The position numbers and the translations under genes were made by a program. Below the pieces are notes generated by a model. It did not search any database, was not told the origin of the DNA, and saw only the letters and a list, made by a program, of their open reading frames with translations. Positions 7,832 to 16,868 of a DNA stretch of 32,000 bases are shown here, piece after piece (the first letter of the stretch is position 1; each line of letters starts with the position of its first letter). Source of the DNA: Candidatus Electrothrix sp. GW3-4 (lineage in GTDB: Bacteria; Desulfobacterota; Desulfobulbia; Desulfobulbales; Desulfobulbaceae); assembly GCF_037902255.1 (NCBI RefSeq), contig NZ_CP147990.1:4020001-4052000 (forward strand), given 5' to 3'.

Positions 7832-8443
7832 CTACAGGGACCCCTTAGAGGAAAGGGTGCCGACAAGGCCCTGCCGGAGGGAGGCCCCCTCCCCCATAGC
7901 CCGTCCCAGGGCCTTAAACACCGCCTCAATAATATGATGGGCGTTCTCGCCGTGGAGGAGATCCACATGCAGGGTTATGCCAGCATTCTGGGCCACGGCC
8001 CGCAGAAATTCCAGGACCAGGGCCGTATCAAAGGCCCCCACCTTTTGATCCCTGATGGTCACATCGTAATGGAGAAAGGGACGGTTGGAAAAATCAAGGC
8101 AGACCCGGGCCAAGGTTTCATCCATCGGGACATAGACATGGGCATAGCGATGAATACCAGCCTTATTCCCCAAAGCCTGGGCAAAGGCCTGACCAAGACA
8201 GATGCCGATATCCTCCACAGTATGGTGATCATCCACGTAGGTATCCCCTTTTGCCTGCACAGAGAGGTCAAAAAAGCCATGCACGGTAAAGAGGGTCAGC
8301 ATATGGTCCAGAAAGCCGACACCGGTGCTGATGTCGGCTTTTCCTGAACCATCAATATTCAGCTGGAGAACAATCTGGGTTTCCAGGGTTTTCCGTTCTA
8401 TGGTACTTTTACGCGGGGAATTTGTCGTCGTGGGTTCAGTCAT
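7832..8443 (-). CDS. hisB: imidazoleglycerol-phosphate dehydratase
   Basis: IERKTLETQIVLQLNIDGSG, GFLDHMLTLF, DDHHTVEDIGI and GENAHHIIEAVFKA are typical IGPD motifs. The start is either ATG 8443 (203 aa) or ATG 8473 (213 aa); the latter sits at the centre of a 28-bp palindrome. Confidence 0.9.
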   Translation of the reverse strand: MTEPTTTNSPRKSTIERKTLETQIVLQLNIDGSGKADISTGVGFLDHMLTLFTVHGFFDLSVQAKGDTYVDDHHTVEDIGICLGQAFAQALGNKAGIHRYAHVYVPMDETLARVCLDFSNRPFLHYDVTIRDQKVGAFDTALVLEFLRAVAQNAGITLHVDLLHGENAHHIIEAVFKALGRAMGEGASLRQGLVGTLSSKGSL

Positions 8444-8458
8444 AATATAATCTACGTT

Positions 8459-8486
8459 GTAGGGACACGGCATGCCGTGTCCCTAC
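8459..8486. repeat. perfect 28-bp palindrome GTAGGGACACGGCATGCCGTGTCCCTAC
   Basis: 14+14 nt with no mismatch, lying between divergent hisB and the rhomboid gene. REP-like or operator-like. Confidence 0.8.
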
Positions 8487-8694
8487 GGCACCGCAACCCT
8501 GCTCCTGCAAAGGGGATGTTATTTTTAAGAATCACTTACGGGTCGATGAATGCGGATATACTATTCTGCCTGCCGGAGATTGGCAACCGGATATTACCTG
8601 TCTTTCCCATTTTCTCCTTCCTTGCGCAACAGGCCGCTATCTGCTATCCTGCAACGAGGTTGTTCATATTTTTCCCTAAAATACCTAACTTCCA

Positions 8695-8767
8695 TCTCGG
8701 CCCTTCGGGCTGAGATAAGCAAACGTGAAAGTTAGTTTGGCCGGTTTCACCGACCACTTTCATATAA
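8695..8767 (+). repeat. two-hairpin element, copy 1 (ends 10 nt before the rhomboid start codon)
   Basis: Hairpin TCTCGGCCC-ttc-GGGCTGAGA, an A-rich linker, GAAAG, hairpin TGGCCGGT-ttc-ACCGACCA, then CTTTCATATAA. It shares an exact 19-mer ACCGACCACTTTCATATAA (8749-8767) with copy 2. Confidence 0.5.
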
Positions 8768-8777
8768 AGGAATAACC

Positions 8778-9317
8778 ATGAAATTCGACGCAGCGAAAAT
8801 CCCGGTCTCCCTTGTCTGTATGATATGGGCAATCTATCTGCTGGACTTGATCCTTCCTATACAGCTCAATGCCTACGGGATCGTTCCGCGTACGGCTGGA
8901 GGCCTGATAGGAATCCCACTCACCAACTTTCTCCACGCCAACCTCAGACATCTTATCAACAACACGGCTCCCCTCTTTGTCCTGAGCCTGCTCCTCTCCC
9001 TGTTCTATAGGAAGATCTTTTTCGATGTCCTTATTGTCATCATCGGCTGTGGAGGCCTCTTGGTCTGGCTCCTGGCCCGCCCGGCCAATCATATCGGGGC
9101 CAGCATGCTCATTTATGGACTGGCCGCCTTCCTGATCAGCTACGGTTTACTGAAAAGAGAGCTTGTTCCGGTCATCGTCTCTCTTGTTATCGCGCTGGTC
9201 TATGGCCTGGGAATGCTCGGAGGTATCCTCCCTTTTCATGATTTCATCTCCTGGGAGGGGCATCTCTTCGGGGCTACGGGAGGGATCTTTGCGGCACATC
9301 TCTTTAGGAAGAAATGA
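8778..9317 (+). CDS. rhomboid-family intramembrane serine protease (short form)
   Basis: 179 aa and polytopic. It has the rhomboid motifs HANLRHLINN (H-x4-H-x3-N), HIGASMLIYG (GxSxxxxG) and EGHLFGATGG. Confidence 0.8.
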   Translation: MKFDAAKIPVSLVCMIWAIYLLDLILPIQLNAYGIVPRTAGGLIGIPLTNFLHANLRHLINNTAPLFVLSLLLSLFYRKIFFDVLIVIIGCGGLLVWLLARPANHIGASMLIYGLAAFLISYGLLKRELVPVIVSLVIALVYGLGMLGGILPFHDFISWEGHLFGATGGIFAAHLFRKK

Positions 9318-9413
9318 CTTATTCCTCAAAGGTTTCTGTTGAATATCCTACAGAGATCAACCATGCTTGGCTGAAGCGATCAGGAGTCGGTGGTATTGCA
9401 GCTTTGCTCATAA

Positions 9414-9492
9414 CTCCCTTCCCCTTGGGGCGGGAGAACAAAACAGGAAAGAAGGGAAGTCTGGTCGGGCTTGACCGACCACTTTCATATAA
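9414..9492 (+). repeat. two-hairpin element, copy 2 (downstream of the rhomboid gene)
   Basis: Hairpin CTCCCttCCCC-tt-GGGGcGGGAG, an A-rich linker, GAAAG, hairpin TGGTCGG-gcttga-CCGACCA, then CTTTCATATAA. The exact 19-mer is at 9474-9492. Confidence 0.5.
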
Positions 9493-9498
9493 CAAACA

Positions 9499-9604
9499 GT
9501 TGATGGTTTCGTAAAAAGTCCAATTTTGCGAAAAAATCGTGTTGTAACTCGTTGAGTTGCCGTTAGCGAATTACTGTTTTCTGACTTTTTACCAGGCCAT
9601 CAAC
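9499..9604. repeat. 106-bp MITE-like element with 22-bp terminal inverted repeats (18/22 match)
   Basis: GTTGATGGTTTCGTAAAAAGTC (9499-9520) against the reverse complement of GACTTTTTACCAGGCCATCAAC (9583-9604). No ORF and no clear target duplication. Confidence 0.5.
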
Positions 9605-9613
9605 AGTTATGAA

Positions 9614-9811
9614 TTACAATATTTCCAGAGCTAAAAAATCATTTACTCTGAGCTCATCAGACGCCGGAAGCATCTCTAGCAACTTTTCATACGTATTATA
9701 AAGCGCTTGAAATGATTCGTCGGAGACCAAAAAAGAATTATTTTGAGCAGCTTTCTCAATGAGTTGAACGGATCTTTTGAAGGCGTGTAATTTTTGTTTG
9801 TATGCAGTCAT
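9614..9811 (-). CDS. hypothetical small helical protein (65 aa)
   Basis: Strong SD (AAAGGAGGG, then 8 nt, then ATG 9811). A perfect TATAAT on the minus strand (9885-9890) lies in an AT-rich upstream region. No recognisable family. Confidence 0.4.
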   Translation of the reverse strand: MTAYKQKLHAFKRSVQLIEKAAQNNSFLVSDESFQALYNTYEKLLEMLPASDELRVNDFLALEIL

Positions 9812-10018
9812 TGTGAAGTCCCTCCTTTGAGACAGCCAACCCGAATAAAAAAAATTTTATTACGCTACATATAAAGTATAAAAAATTATACGGTCAATAA
9901 CAAGGTAAAAAAAATCCACCTTTGATATATTCACTCACTATATAGAATATAGCCGCTTGGGTTCTGAACGTGGCGAAGGGGAGGGAAAAGATACTGGAGG
10001 AGCAGGTGGAATACGCAG

Positions 10019-10054
10019 AAAAAAAAGAACCCCGATCCTGATCAGGAATCGGGG
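10019..10054 (-). terminator. rho-independent terminator downstream of tRNA-Met
   Basis: Minus-strand RNA CCCCGAUUC-cugauca-GGAUCGGGG followed by UUCUUUUUUUU. Confidence 0.75.
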
Positions 10055-10089
10055 TATATATAGTAAACCGGTCAAGCCGGGGTATTTTG

Positions 10090-10166
10090 TGGTGGCGATG
10101 CAGGGACTTGAACCCCGGACACCACGGATATGAGCCGTGCGCTCTAACCAGCTGAGCTACATCGCC
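10090..10166 (-). tRNA. tRNA with CAT anticodon (Met; a lysidine-modified Ile2 cannot be excluded)
   Basis: Reverse complement GGCGATGTAGCTCAGCTGGTTAGAGCGCACGGCTCATATCCGTGAGGTGTCCGGGGTTCAAGTCCCTGCATCGCCACCA. It has a 7-bp acceptor stem GGCGATG/CATCGCC, D-loop AGCTCAGCTGGTTAGAGC, anticodon loop CTCATAT, T-loop GGTTCAAGTCC and an encoded CCA. Confidence 0.92.
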
Positions 10167-10273
10167 GTACTACATGCAAAACGCATATCGTTTAAGGCAA
10201 GATATATTGCCTGTTTTTTTGTTTTCTGTCAAGCAAAAAACATCATGTACGATAAAAAATAATGCATAATACA

Positions 10274-10305
10274 CAGCGACATTACCCAAAAGGATAATGC
10301 CGCTG
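10274..10305 (-). terminator. probable groESL terminator hairpin
   Basis: 14-bp stem with a UUUU loop. Both imperfect positions are G.U on the minus-strand RNA but A.C on the plus strand, which argues for minus-strand function. The U-rich tract is displaced by about 16 nt, so this is not canonical. Confidence 0.5.
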
Positions 10306-10350
10306 CCTCCGTCAACCTTCTACGGACAGGTCGAACGAGAGAAGGGCTTC

Positions 10351-12015
10351 TTACATCATGCCGCCCATGCCGCCCATGCCACCCATGCCACCCATGCCGC
10401 CAGGCATACCGCCACCCATAGCAGCTGCACCGGCATCATCCTTCTCCGGCTCATCAGCAATCATGCACTCGGTGGTCAGCAGCATACCGGAAACAGAAGC
10501 GGCATTCTGCAAGGCCGTGCGAGAGACCTTGGTCGGATCAATAACACCAGCAGCGATCAGATCGCCGTACTCTTCAAGGGCAGCGTTGAAACCGTTGGCA
10601 CCTTCCATCTCTTTAACTTTAGCGACAATGACAGAGCCTTCACAACCGCAGTTGGAGGCGATCTGGCGAACCGGCTCTTCCAGAGCACGCATGATGATCT
10701 GGCGACCGAGATCCTGCTCTCCTTCCAGCTTCATGGTCTGCAGTGCCTTGATGCAGCGCAGGAAGGCCACACCACCACCAGGAACAACACCTTCCTCCAC
10801 AGCAGCACGGGTCGCGTTGAGCGCATCCTCAACACGGGCTTTTTTCTCTTTCATCTCAATCTCGGTGGCAGCGCCAACATTGATGACAGCAACACCGCCA
10901 ATCAACTTCGCCAGACGCTCCTGGAGCTTCTCACGATCATAATCAGAGGTAGAGTCCTCGGCTTGGGTGCGAATCTGCTTAACCCGAGCAGCCAATTTGT
11001 CCTTATCGCCAGCACCGTCAATAACAGTGGTATTGTCTTTATCAACAACAATACGCTTGGCGGTTCCGAGATCGTTGACAGTCACGTTTTCCAGCTTAAT
11101 GCCCAGATCTTCAGTGATAACCTGTCCACCGGTAAGGATGGCGATATCTTCCAGCATAGCCTTACGACGATCACCAAAGCCCGGAGCCTTGACAGCAGCG
11201 ATGTTCAGGGTACCGCGCAGCTTGTTGACAACCAGAGTAGCCAAGGCTTCGCCGTCAACATCTTCAGCAATAATGAACAGCGGCTTTCCCATCTTGGCAA
11301 CAGCCTCAAGGACCGGCAGCAGGTCCTTCATGCTGGAGATCTTTTTCTCGTTGATCAGGATCAGCGGATCTTCCATGTTCACTTCCATGCGATCTGGATC
11401 GGTCACAAAGTAGGGAGAGAGGTAACCGCGGTCAAACTGCATCCCCTCAACAACGTCCAAAGAGGTCTCCATGGATTTTGCCTCTTCCACGGTGATAACC
11501 CCTTCTTTACCGACTTTATCCATTGCCTCAGCAATGATGCCACCGATGGTGCTATCGTTGTTGGCGGAAATGGTACCAACCTGAGCAATCTCGCTCTGCT
11601 CTTTGGTAGGGTTGGAAATATTGGACAGCTCGGCAACAACCGTTGCAACAGAAGCGTCAATTCCGCGTTTGATCTCCATAGGATTGGAGCCAGCAGCAAC
11701 CATTTTGGCGCCTTCACGGTAAATAGCCTGGGCCAAAACGGTTGCAGTAGTGGTTCCGTCACCAGCAACGTCAGAGGTCTTGGAAGCAACTTCTTTAACC
11801 ATCTGCGCGCCCATATTCTGGAACTTATCCTTGAGCTCAATCTCTTTGGCAACCGTTACACCGTCCTTGGTGATAACTGGCGCGCCGAAAGATTTTTCGA
11901 TCAGAACATTACGTCCCTTGGGTCCGAGGGTAACCTTAACTGCATCAGCCAAGCTGTTTACACCGGTAAGCATAGCTTCGCGGGCCTTGGCGCTGTAAAA
12001 TAATTCTTTGGACAT
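10351..12015 (-). CDS. groL: chaperonin GroEL (Cpn60)
   Basis: 554 aa: [53 protein letters not shown]... with a C-terminal GGM repeat tail. Confidence 0.98.
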   Translation of the reverse strand: MSKELFYSAKAREAMLTGVNSLADAVKVTLGPKGRNVLIEKSFGAPVITKDGVTVAKEIELKDKFQNMGAQMVKEVASKTSDVAGDGTTTATVLAQAIYREGAKMVAAGSNPMEIKRGIDASVATVVAELSNISNPTKEQSEIAQVGTISANNDSTIGGIIAEAMDKVGKEGVITVEEAKSMETSLDVVEGMQFDRGYLSPYFVTDPDRMEVNMEDPLILINEKKISSMKDLLPVLEAVAKMGKPLFIIAEDVDGEALATLVVNKLRGTLNIAAVKAPGFGDRRKAMLEDIAILTGGQVITEDLGIKLENVTVNDLGTAKRIVVDKDNTTVIDGAGDKDKLAARVKQIRTQAEDSTSDYDREKLQERLAKLIGGVAVINVGAATEIEMKEKKARVEDALNATRAAVEEGVVPGGGVAFLRCIKALQTMKLEGEQDLGRQIIMRALEEPVRQIASNCGCEGSVIVAKVKEMEGANGFNAALEEYGDLIAAGVIDPTKVSRTALQNAASVSGMLLTTECMIADEPEKDDAGAAAMGGGMPGGMGGMGGMGGMGGMM

Positions 12016-12077
12016 TGTCTCTAACTCCTTAAATATCTTTTAACGTCTGAATAAGAACTGGTTGGTGCCGAAAAAAC

Positions 12078-12368
12078 TTATCCTGCAAGCACACCAAGGA
12101 TATCGTCTTCCCGCATGATGAGGTAGTCCTGACCGTCGAATTTTACATCCGTGCCGCCGTATTTGGAGAACAGCACGTGGTCACCAGCTTTGACGTCCAT
12201 TGCGGTACGCTGACCAGCATCGCTCATTTTGCCGGGACCAACAGCGACAACCTCGCCCTCAGCCGGTTTCTCTTTCGCGGAATCAGGAATAATGATACCA
12301 CCTGCTGTTTTTTCCTCCTGCTCCAGTCGCTTGACCAGAATACGGTCATTCAGTGGACGAATGTTCAT
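12078..12368 (-). CDS. groS: co-chaperonin GroES (Cpn10)
   Basis: 96 aa: [35 protein letters not shown]... Confidence 0.96.
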   Translation of the reverse strand: MNIRPLNDRILVKRLEQEEKTAGGIIIPDSAKEKPAEGEVVAVGPGKMSDAGQRTAMDVKAGDHVLFSKYGGTDVKFDGQDYLIMREDDILGVLAG

Positions 12369-12508
12369 GGATAAATCCTCCTCTTACTTGATTGTATTGA
12401 TTTATTTCATATCAAAGCCAGACGACGTTGATTAATTCTGTCCGGCTTTACATGGATTCAGGAACAGGAGCCGTGTATCTTCAGCTCCTGTCATTTTGAT
12501 GCGAGAAA

Positions 12509-12538
12509 CAATAGGGATGGATTTTGAAAAATCAAGGG
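12509..12538 (-). promoter_or_regulatory. sigma-32-type heat-shock promoter for groES-groEL
   Basis: The minus strand reads CCCTTGATT-N13-CCCTATTG, compared with the E. coli sigma-32 consensus CTTGAAA-N13/14-CCCCATNT. No CIRCE (TTAGCACTC-N9-GAGTGCTAA) is present in 12369-12600. Confidence 0.5.
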
Positions 12539-12600
12539 ACAAAGATAAAAAAAAAATATCCCTCAATTATTTGAAATAAAAAAAGAAGAAAAAAAGAGGA

Positions 12601-13680
12601 TTATCTGACCCAAACAATCCAGTTATGCGGGTCTGGGGCTGCACCACGCTGCAACTCCTGGATGCCATCAAAGAAGCGTTGGGCCAGCGGACCGGTCTCC
12701 CCATTATTGATCATGATGGTGTCCCCCTTGTATCCGAATTCACCAATGGGAGAAATAACAGCCGCTGTTCCAGAGCCAAAGGCCTCGGTCAGCGAGCCAT
12801 TTTCAACAGCAACTATGACCTCATCCATAGTAATCCGGCGTTCACAGGTGGGGATCCCCCAATCCTTAGCCAACTGCAAGACCGTATCCCGGGTAATACC
12901 AGGCAGGATGGTACCACCTAATGGAGGAGTAACCAATTCTCCATTAATGACAAAGAAGATATTGGAGGTACCAACCTCTTCGATATATTTCCGTTCTACC
13001 GCATCTAACCAGAGAACCTGGGTGTACCCCTTGCGCTGAGAGGTGGTATGCGCCTTGATGGAGGCGGCATAATTACCCCCGGTCTTGACATTGCCCACCC
13101 CGCCTCGGACGGCCCGGACGTATTCGTCTTCAACATAGATCTTGGTGGGGCTGAAACCTTCTGCATAATAGGCACCAACCGGGCTGCAAATAACAAAAAA
13201 CAGGTACTCGTTAGCAGGTCGAACCCCCAAGGCAGCTTCAGTGGCGATCATGGCAGGACGAATGTACAGGGCAGCGCCTTCGGTTTTCGGAATCCACTCT
13301 CGCTCCAGGTAAATAAAACCCTTCATAGCCTGCAGAACCTTTTCCGCCGGAATACGGGGCATGCACATGCGATCAGCAGAATCGTTAAAACGATTCAAGT
13401 TATCCATCGGTCGAAACAGGAGGACAGAATCATCCGCACCGCGATAGGCCTTAAGTCCCTCAAAAATTTCCTGGCTATAATGCAGGACCATTGCCGCCGG
13501 GTCTAGACTAAAGTTCGCGTAAGACCTGATCTCCGCATCATGCCAGCCCTGCTCCTTGTCCCAGCGCATGGTCAGCATGTGATCAGTAAAATATTTCCCG
13601 AATCCCAGTTGCTTCTGGTCCGGTTTTTCTTTCAAAATCTCTGCCCGCTGCAGAGTGACATCAAGTTCGTTTTTCAGCAT
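12601..13680 (-). CDS. ilvE: branched-chain amino acid aminotransferase
   Basis: 359 aa, long-form class IV aminotransferase: YSQEIFEGLKAYR, VRGGVGNVKTGGNYAAS and LPGITRDTVL. Confidence 0.9.
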   Translation of the reverse strand: MLKNELDVTLQRAEILKEKPDQKQLGFGKYFTDHMLTMRWDKEQGWHDAEIRSYANFSLDPAAMVLHYSQEIFEGLKAYRGADDSVLLFRPMDNLNRFNDSADRMCMPRIPAEKVLQAMKGFIYLEREWIPKTEGAALYIRPAMIATEAALGVRPANEYLFFVICSPVGAYYAEGFSPTKIYVEDEYVRAVRGGVGNVKTGGNYAASIKAHTTSQRKGYTQVLWLDAVERKYIEEVGTSNIFFVINGELVTPPLGGTILPGITRDTVLQLAKDWGIPTCERRITMDEVIVAVENGSLTEAFGSGTAAVISPIGEFGYKGDTIMINNGETGPLAQRFFDGIQELQRGAAPDPHNWIVWVR

Positions 13681-13969
13681 TTCTTCTTTCCCACAGAGAT
13701 AACATCTCTATATCTTTTAAAGATCTCCACCAAGAGTCAATGATAACAAATTTATTATAGAGTCGCTCTTTCAAGCTAAATGATGTCTGCATACACTTAT
13801 AATCCATCACCCCCGAACAACGAAGAAAGAGCTCCAAAACAATATTTTGGCAAAGCGTACCAGAGAGCAGCCGTTTCCATCAACAAATCAACGTTTCTCT
13901 GGCGTGAATATTTTTTATAACAGTCAACCCGCTCGAAGTAAAGCCCATTCCCATTCCGCCCTCCTCAAA

Positions 13970-13999
13970 CAAAAAAAGGCCGTCCATAAGGACGGCCCT
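13970..13999 (-). terminator. rho-independent terminator of the atp operon
   Basis: The minus strand has GGCCGUCC-uuau-GGACGGCC followed by UUUUUUU, about 30 nt after the atpC stop. Confidence 0.8.
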
Positions 14000-14029
14000 T
14001 TTAAAACAAACTGCGCGAGAAACGGAGAA

Positions 14030-14446
14030 TTACAGCGTTGTCCGTTGCGCAGCAGCTAGGCGGGCAACAGCTCGTTGCAGAGCAGCTTCGGCCCGGATTC
14101 GATCAAGGTCATCAGCATGGGCGATATCTCTTGCCAAGCGTTTTTCCGCCCGCTCTTTCGCTTCCAAAGCACGATCTACGTCAATATCATGGCCAAACTC
14201 TGCTGTTTCCACCAAAAAAGTGGCTTTATTATTTGAGACCTCGGCAAAGCCGCTACTGACCATCAGGAATTTTTCCCGCTTATCCTGTTTAAAGACCAAA
14301 GTACCTGTTTTGATCGCGCTCAGAAACGGAGCATGATTTGCCAGCACACCAAACTCTCCCTCAAGACCAGGTGCGGTGACGATGTCCACCTCCTCACTGA
14401 CAACCGGCCCTTTCGGAGTGACTACTTCAAGATGTATCTGTGCCAT
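14030..14446 (-). CDS. atpC: F1 ATP synthase subunit epsilon
   Basis: 138 aa: [38 protein letters not shown]. It is the last gene after atpD. Confidence 0.9.
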   Translation of the reverse strand: MAQIHLEVVTPKGPVVSEEVDIVTAPGLEGEFGVLANHAPFLSAIKTGTLVFKQDKREKFLMVSSGFAEVSNNKATFLVETAEFGHDIDVDRALEAKERAEKRLARDIAHADDLDRIRAEAALQRAVARLAAAQRTTL

Positions 14447-14476
14447 TGTTTTCTACCTCAGTTTCACTTGCACGAA

Positions 14477-15952
<1,476 letters not shown>

Positions 15953-16816
15953 TCAGCCCTTCAGTGCCTCAGCACCACCAACGATATCCATAAGATCGCC
16001 GGTAATGGCTGCCTGGCGAGCCTTATTGTACAGTTGCGTCAACTCGTTGATAATATCCCCACATGCATTGGTTGCATTATCCATAGCCGCCATTCGGGCC
16101 GCATGCTCACCGGCCGCAACCTCAATCATAGCATGATAGACCTGTACGTTCAGATGCAACGGGAGAAGGACTTCCATAATCTGCTCAGGCTTAGGCTCAT
16201 AAATGTAATCAACAGCCGCCCCCGCATCTTCTCCCTGCTCAACAGGCTTAATGGGCAATAAGGTCGTTTCCTTCGGCTGCTGTTTGGCCAAAGAGAGGAA
16301 ACGGGCATAGATAATCCGTACCTCATCAGCCTCTCCTGAGAGGAAATTTTGCGTGACATTCTGAGAAATGGTCCGGGCATTGAACATCTGAAAGGTCCCC
16401 ATGATGTCCTTATGCGATTCACGAATCTTCCCGGATCGCCGAAATGCCTGGGCCGCCTTATTGCCCACCGTGATCAGGCTGACCTTTTTTCCCTCAGCCT
16501 CAAGTTGACCTGTGATTTTTTTCGCCTTGGAGATGATATTTGCATTAAAACTTCCGCAAAGTCCCCGGTCCGAGGTAACGACGATCAGTTCAACCGTCTG
16601 CACATCACGCACTTCCATGAGCGGCTGATTACCACTCGCGCTACCGGACAGATCCTTCATGGCCTCAGCGAATTTCTCCGCATAGGGCCGGAACTCCTCC
16701 ATCCTCTCCTGGGCACCGCGCAGCTTCGCAGAGGCGACCATATTCATCGCCTTAGTAATCTGCGAAGTCTTTGAGACACCTTCTATTTTATTCTTAACAT
16801 CCTTTAATCCAGGCAT
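15953..16816 (-). CDS. atpG: F1 ATP synthase subunit gamma
   Basis: 287 aa: ITKAMNMVASAKLRGAQ at the N-terminus and ITGDLMDIVGGAEAL at the C-terminus. Confidence 0.93.
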   Translation of the reverse strand: MPGLKDVKNKIEGVSKTSQITKAMNMVASAKLRGAQERMEEFRPYAEKFAEAMKDLSGSASGNQPLMEVRDVQTVELIVVTSDRGLCGSFNANIISKAKKITGQLEAEGKKVSLITVGNKAAQAFRRSGKIRESHKDIMGTFQMFNARTISQNVTQNFLSGEADEVRIIYARFLSLAKQQPKETTLLPIKPVEQGEDAGAAVDYIYEPKPEQIMEVLLPLHLNVQVYHAMIEVAAGEHAARMAAMDNATNACGDIINELTQLYNKARQAAITGDLMDIVGGAEALKG

Positions 16817-16868
16817 GTGATCAGTTCCTTGTTGCTATTCGAACTTCGAGCTTCGAGCATCCCCTTAC

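Noticed and set aside
10357-10401. Five tandem 9-bp units (CATGCCRCC)
   Set aside because: Fully explained as the coding sequence of the GroEL C-terminal GGM repeat tail. It is not an independent repeat element.
10297-12003. 568-aa ORF on the plus strand, the longest plus-strand ORF in the window
   Set aside because: It is exactly antisense to groEL. The product is low-complexity ([15 protein letters not shown]..., N/G/L-rich) with no SD. It is a shadow ORF of an unambiguous, highly conserved gene. The same applies to 17511-18377 (antisense to atpA), 14564-15097 and 15312-15869 (antisense to atpD), and 3930-4748 (antisense to phoR).
13847-14059. 70-aa plus-strand ORF between ilvE and atpC
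   Set aside because: It runs through the atp terminator and into the atpC 3' end. It has no SD, and its composition is typical of non-coding translation.
16838-16858. Tandem heptamers TTCGAAC-TTCGAGC-TTCGAGC in the atpA-atpG gap, with a similar TTCGTAC-TTCGAGC at the atpF start (19714-19727)
   Set aside because: The arrays are very short (21 and 14 bp), and the second copy is inside coding sequence (MKARSTKK). There is no supporting structure or phase, so this is probably coincidence or codon-driven.
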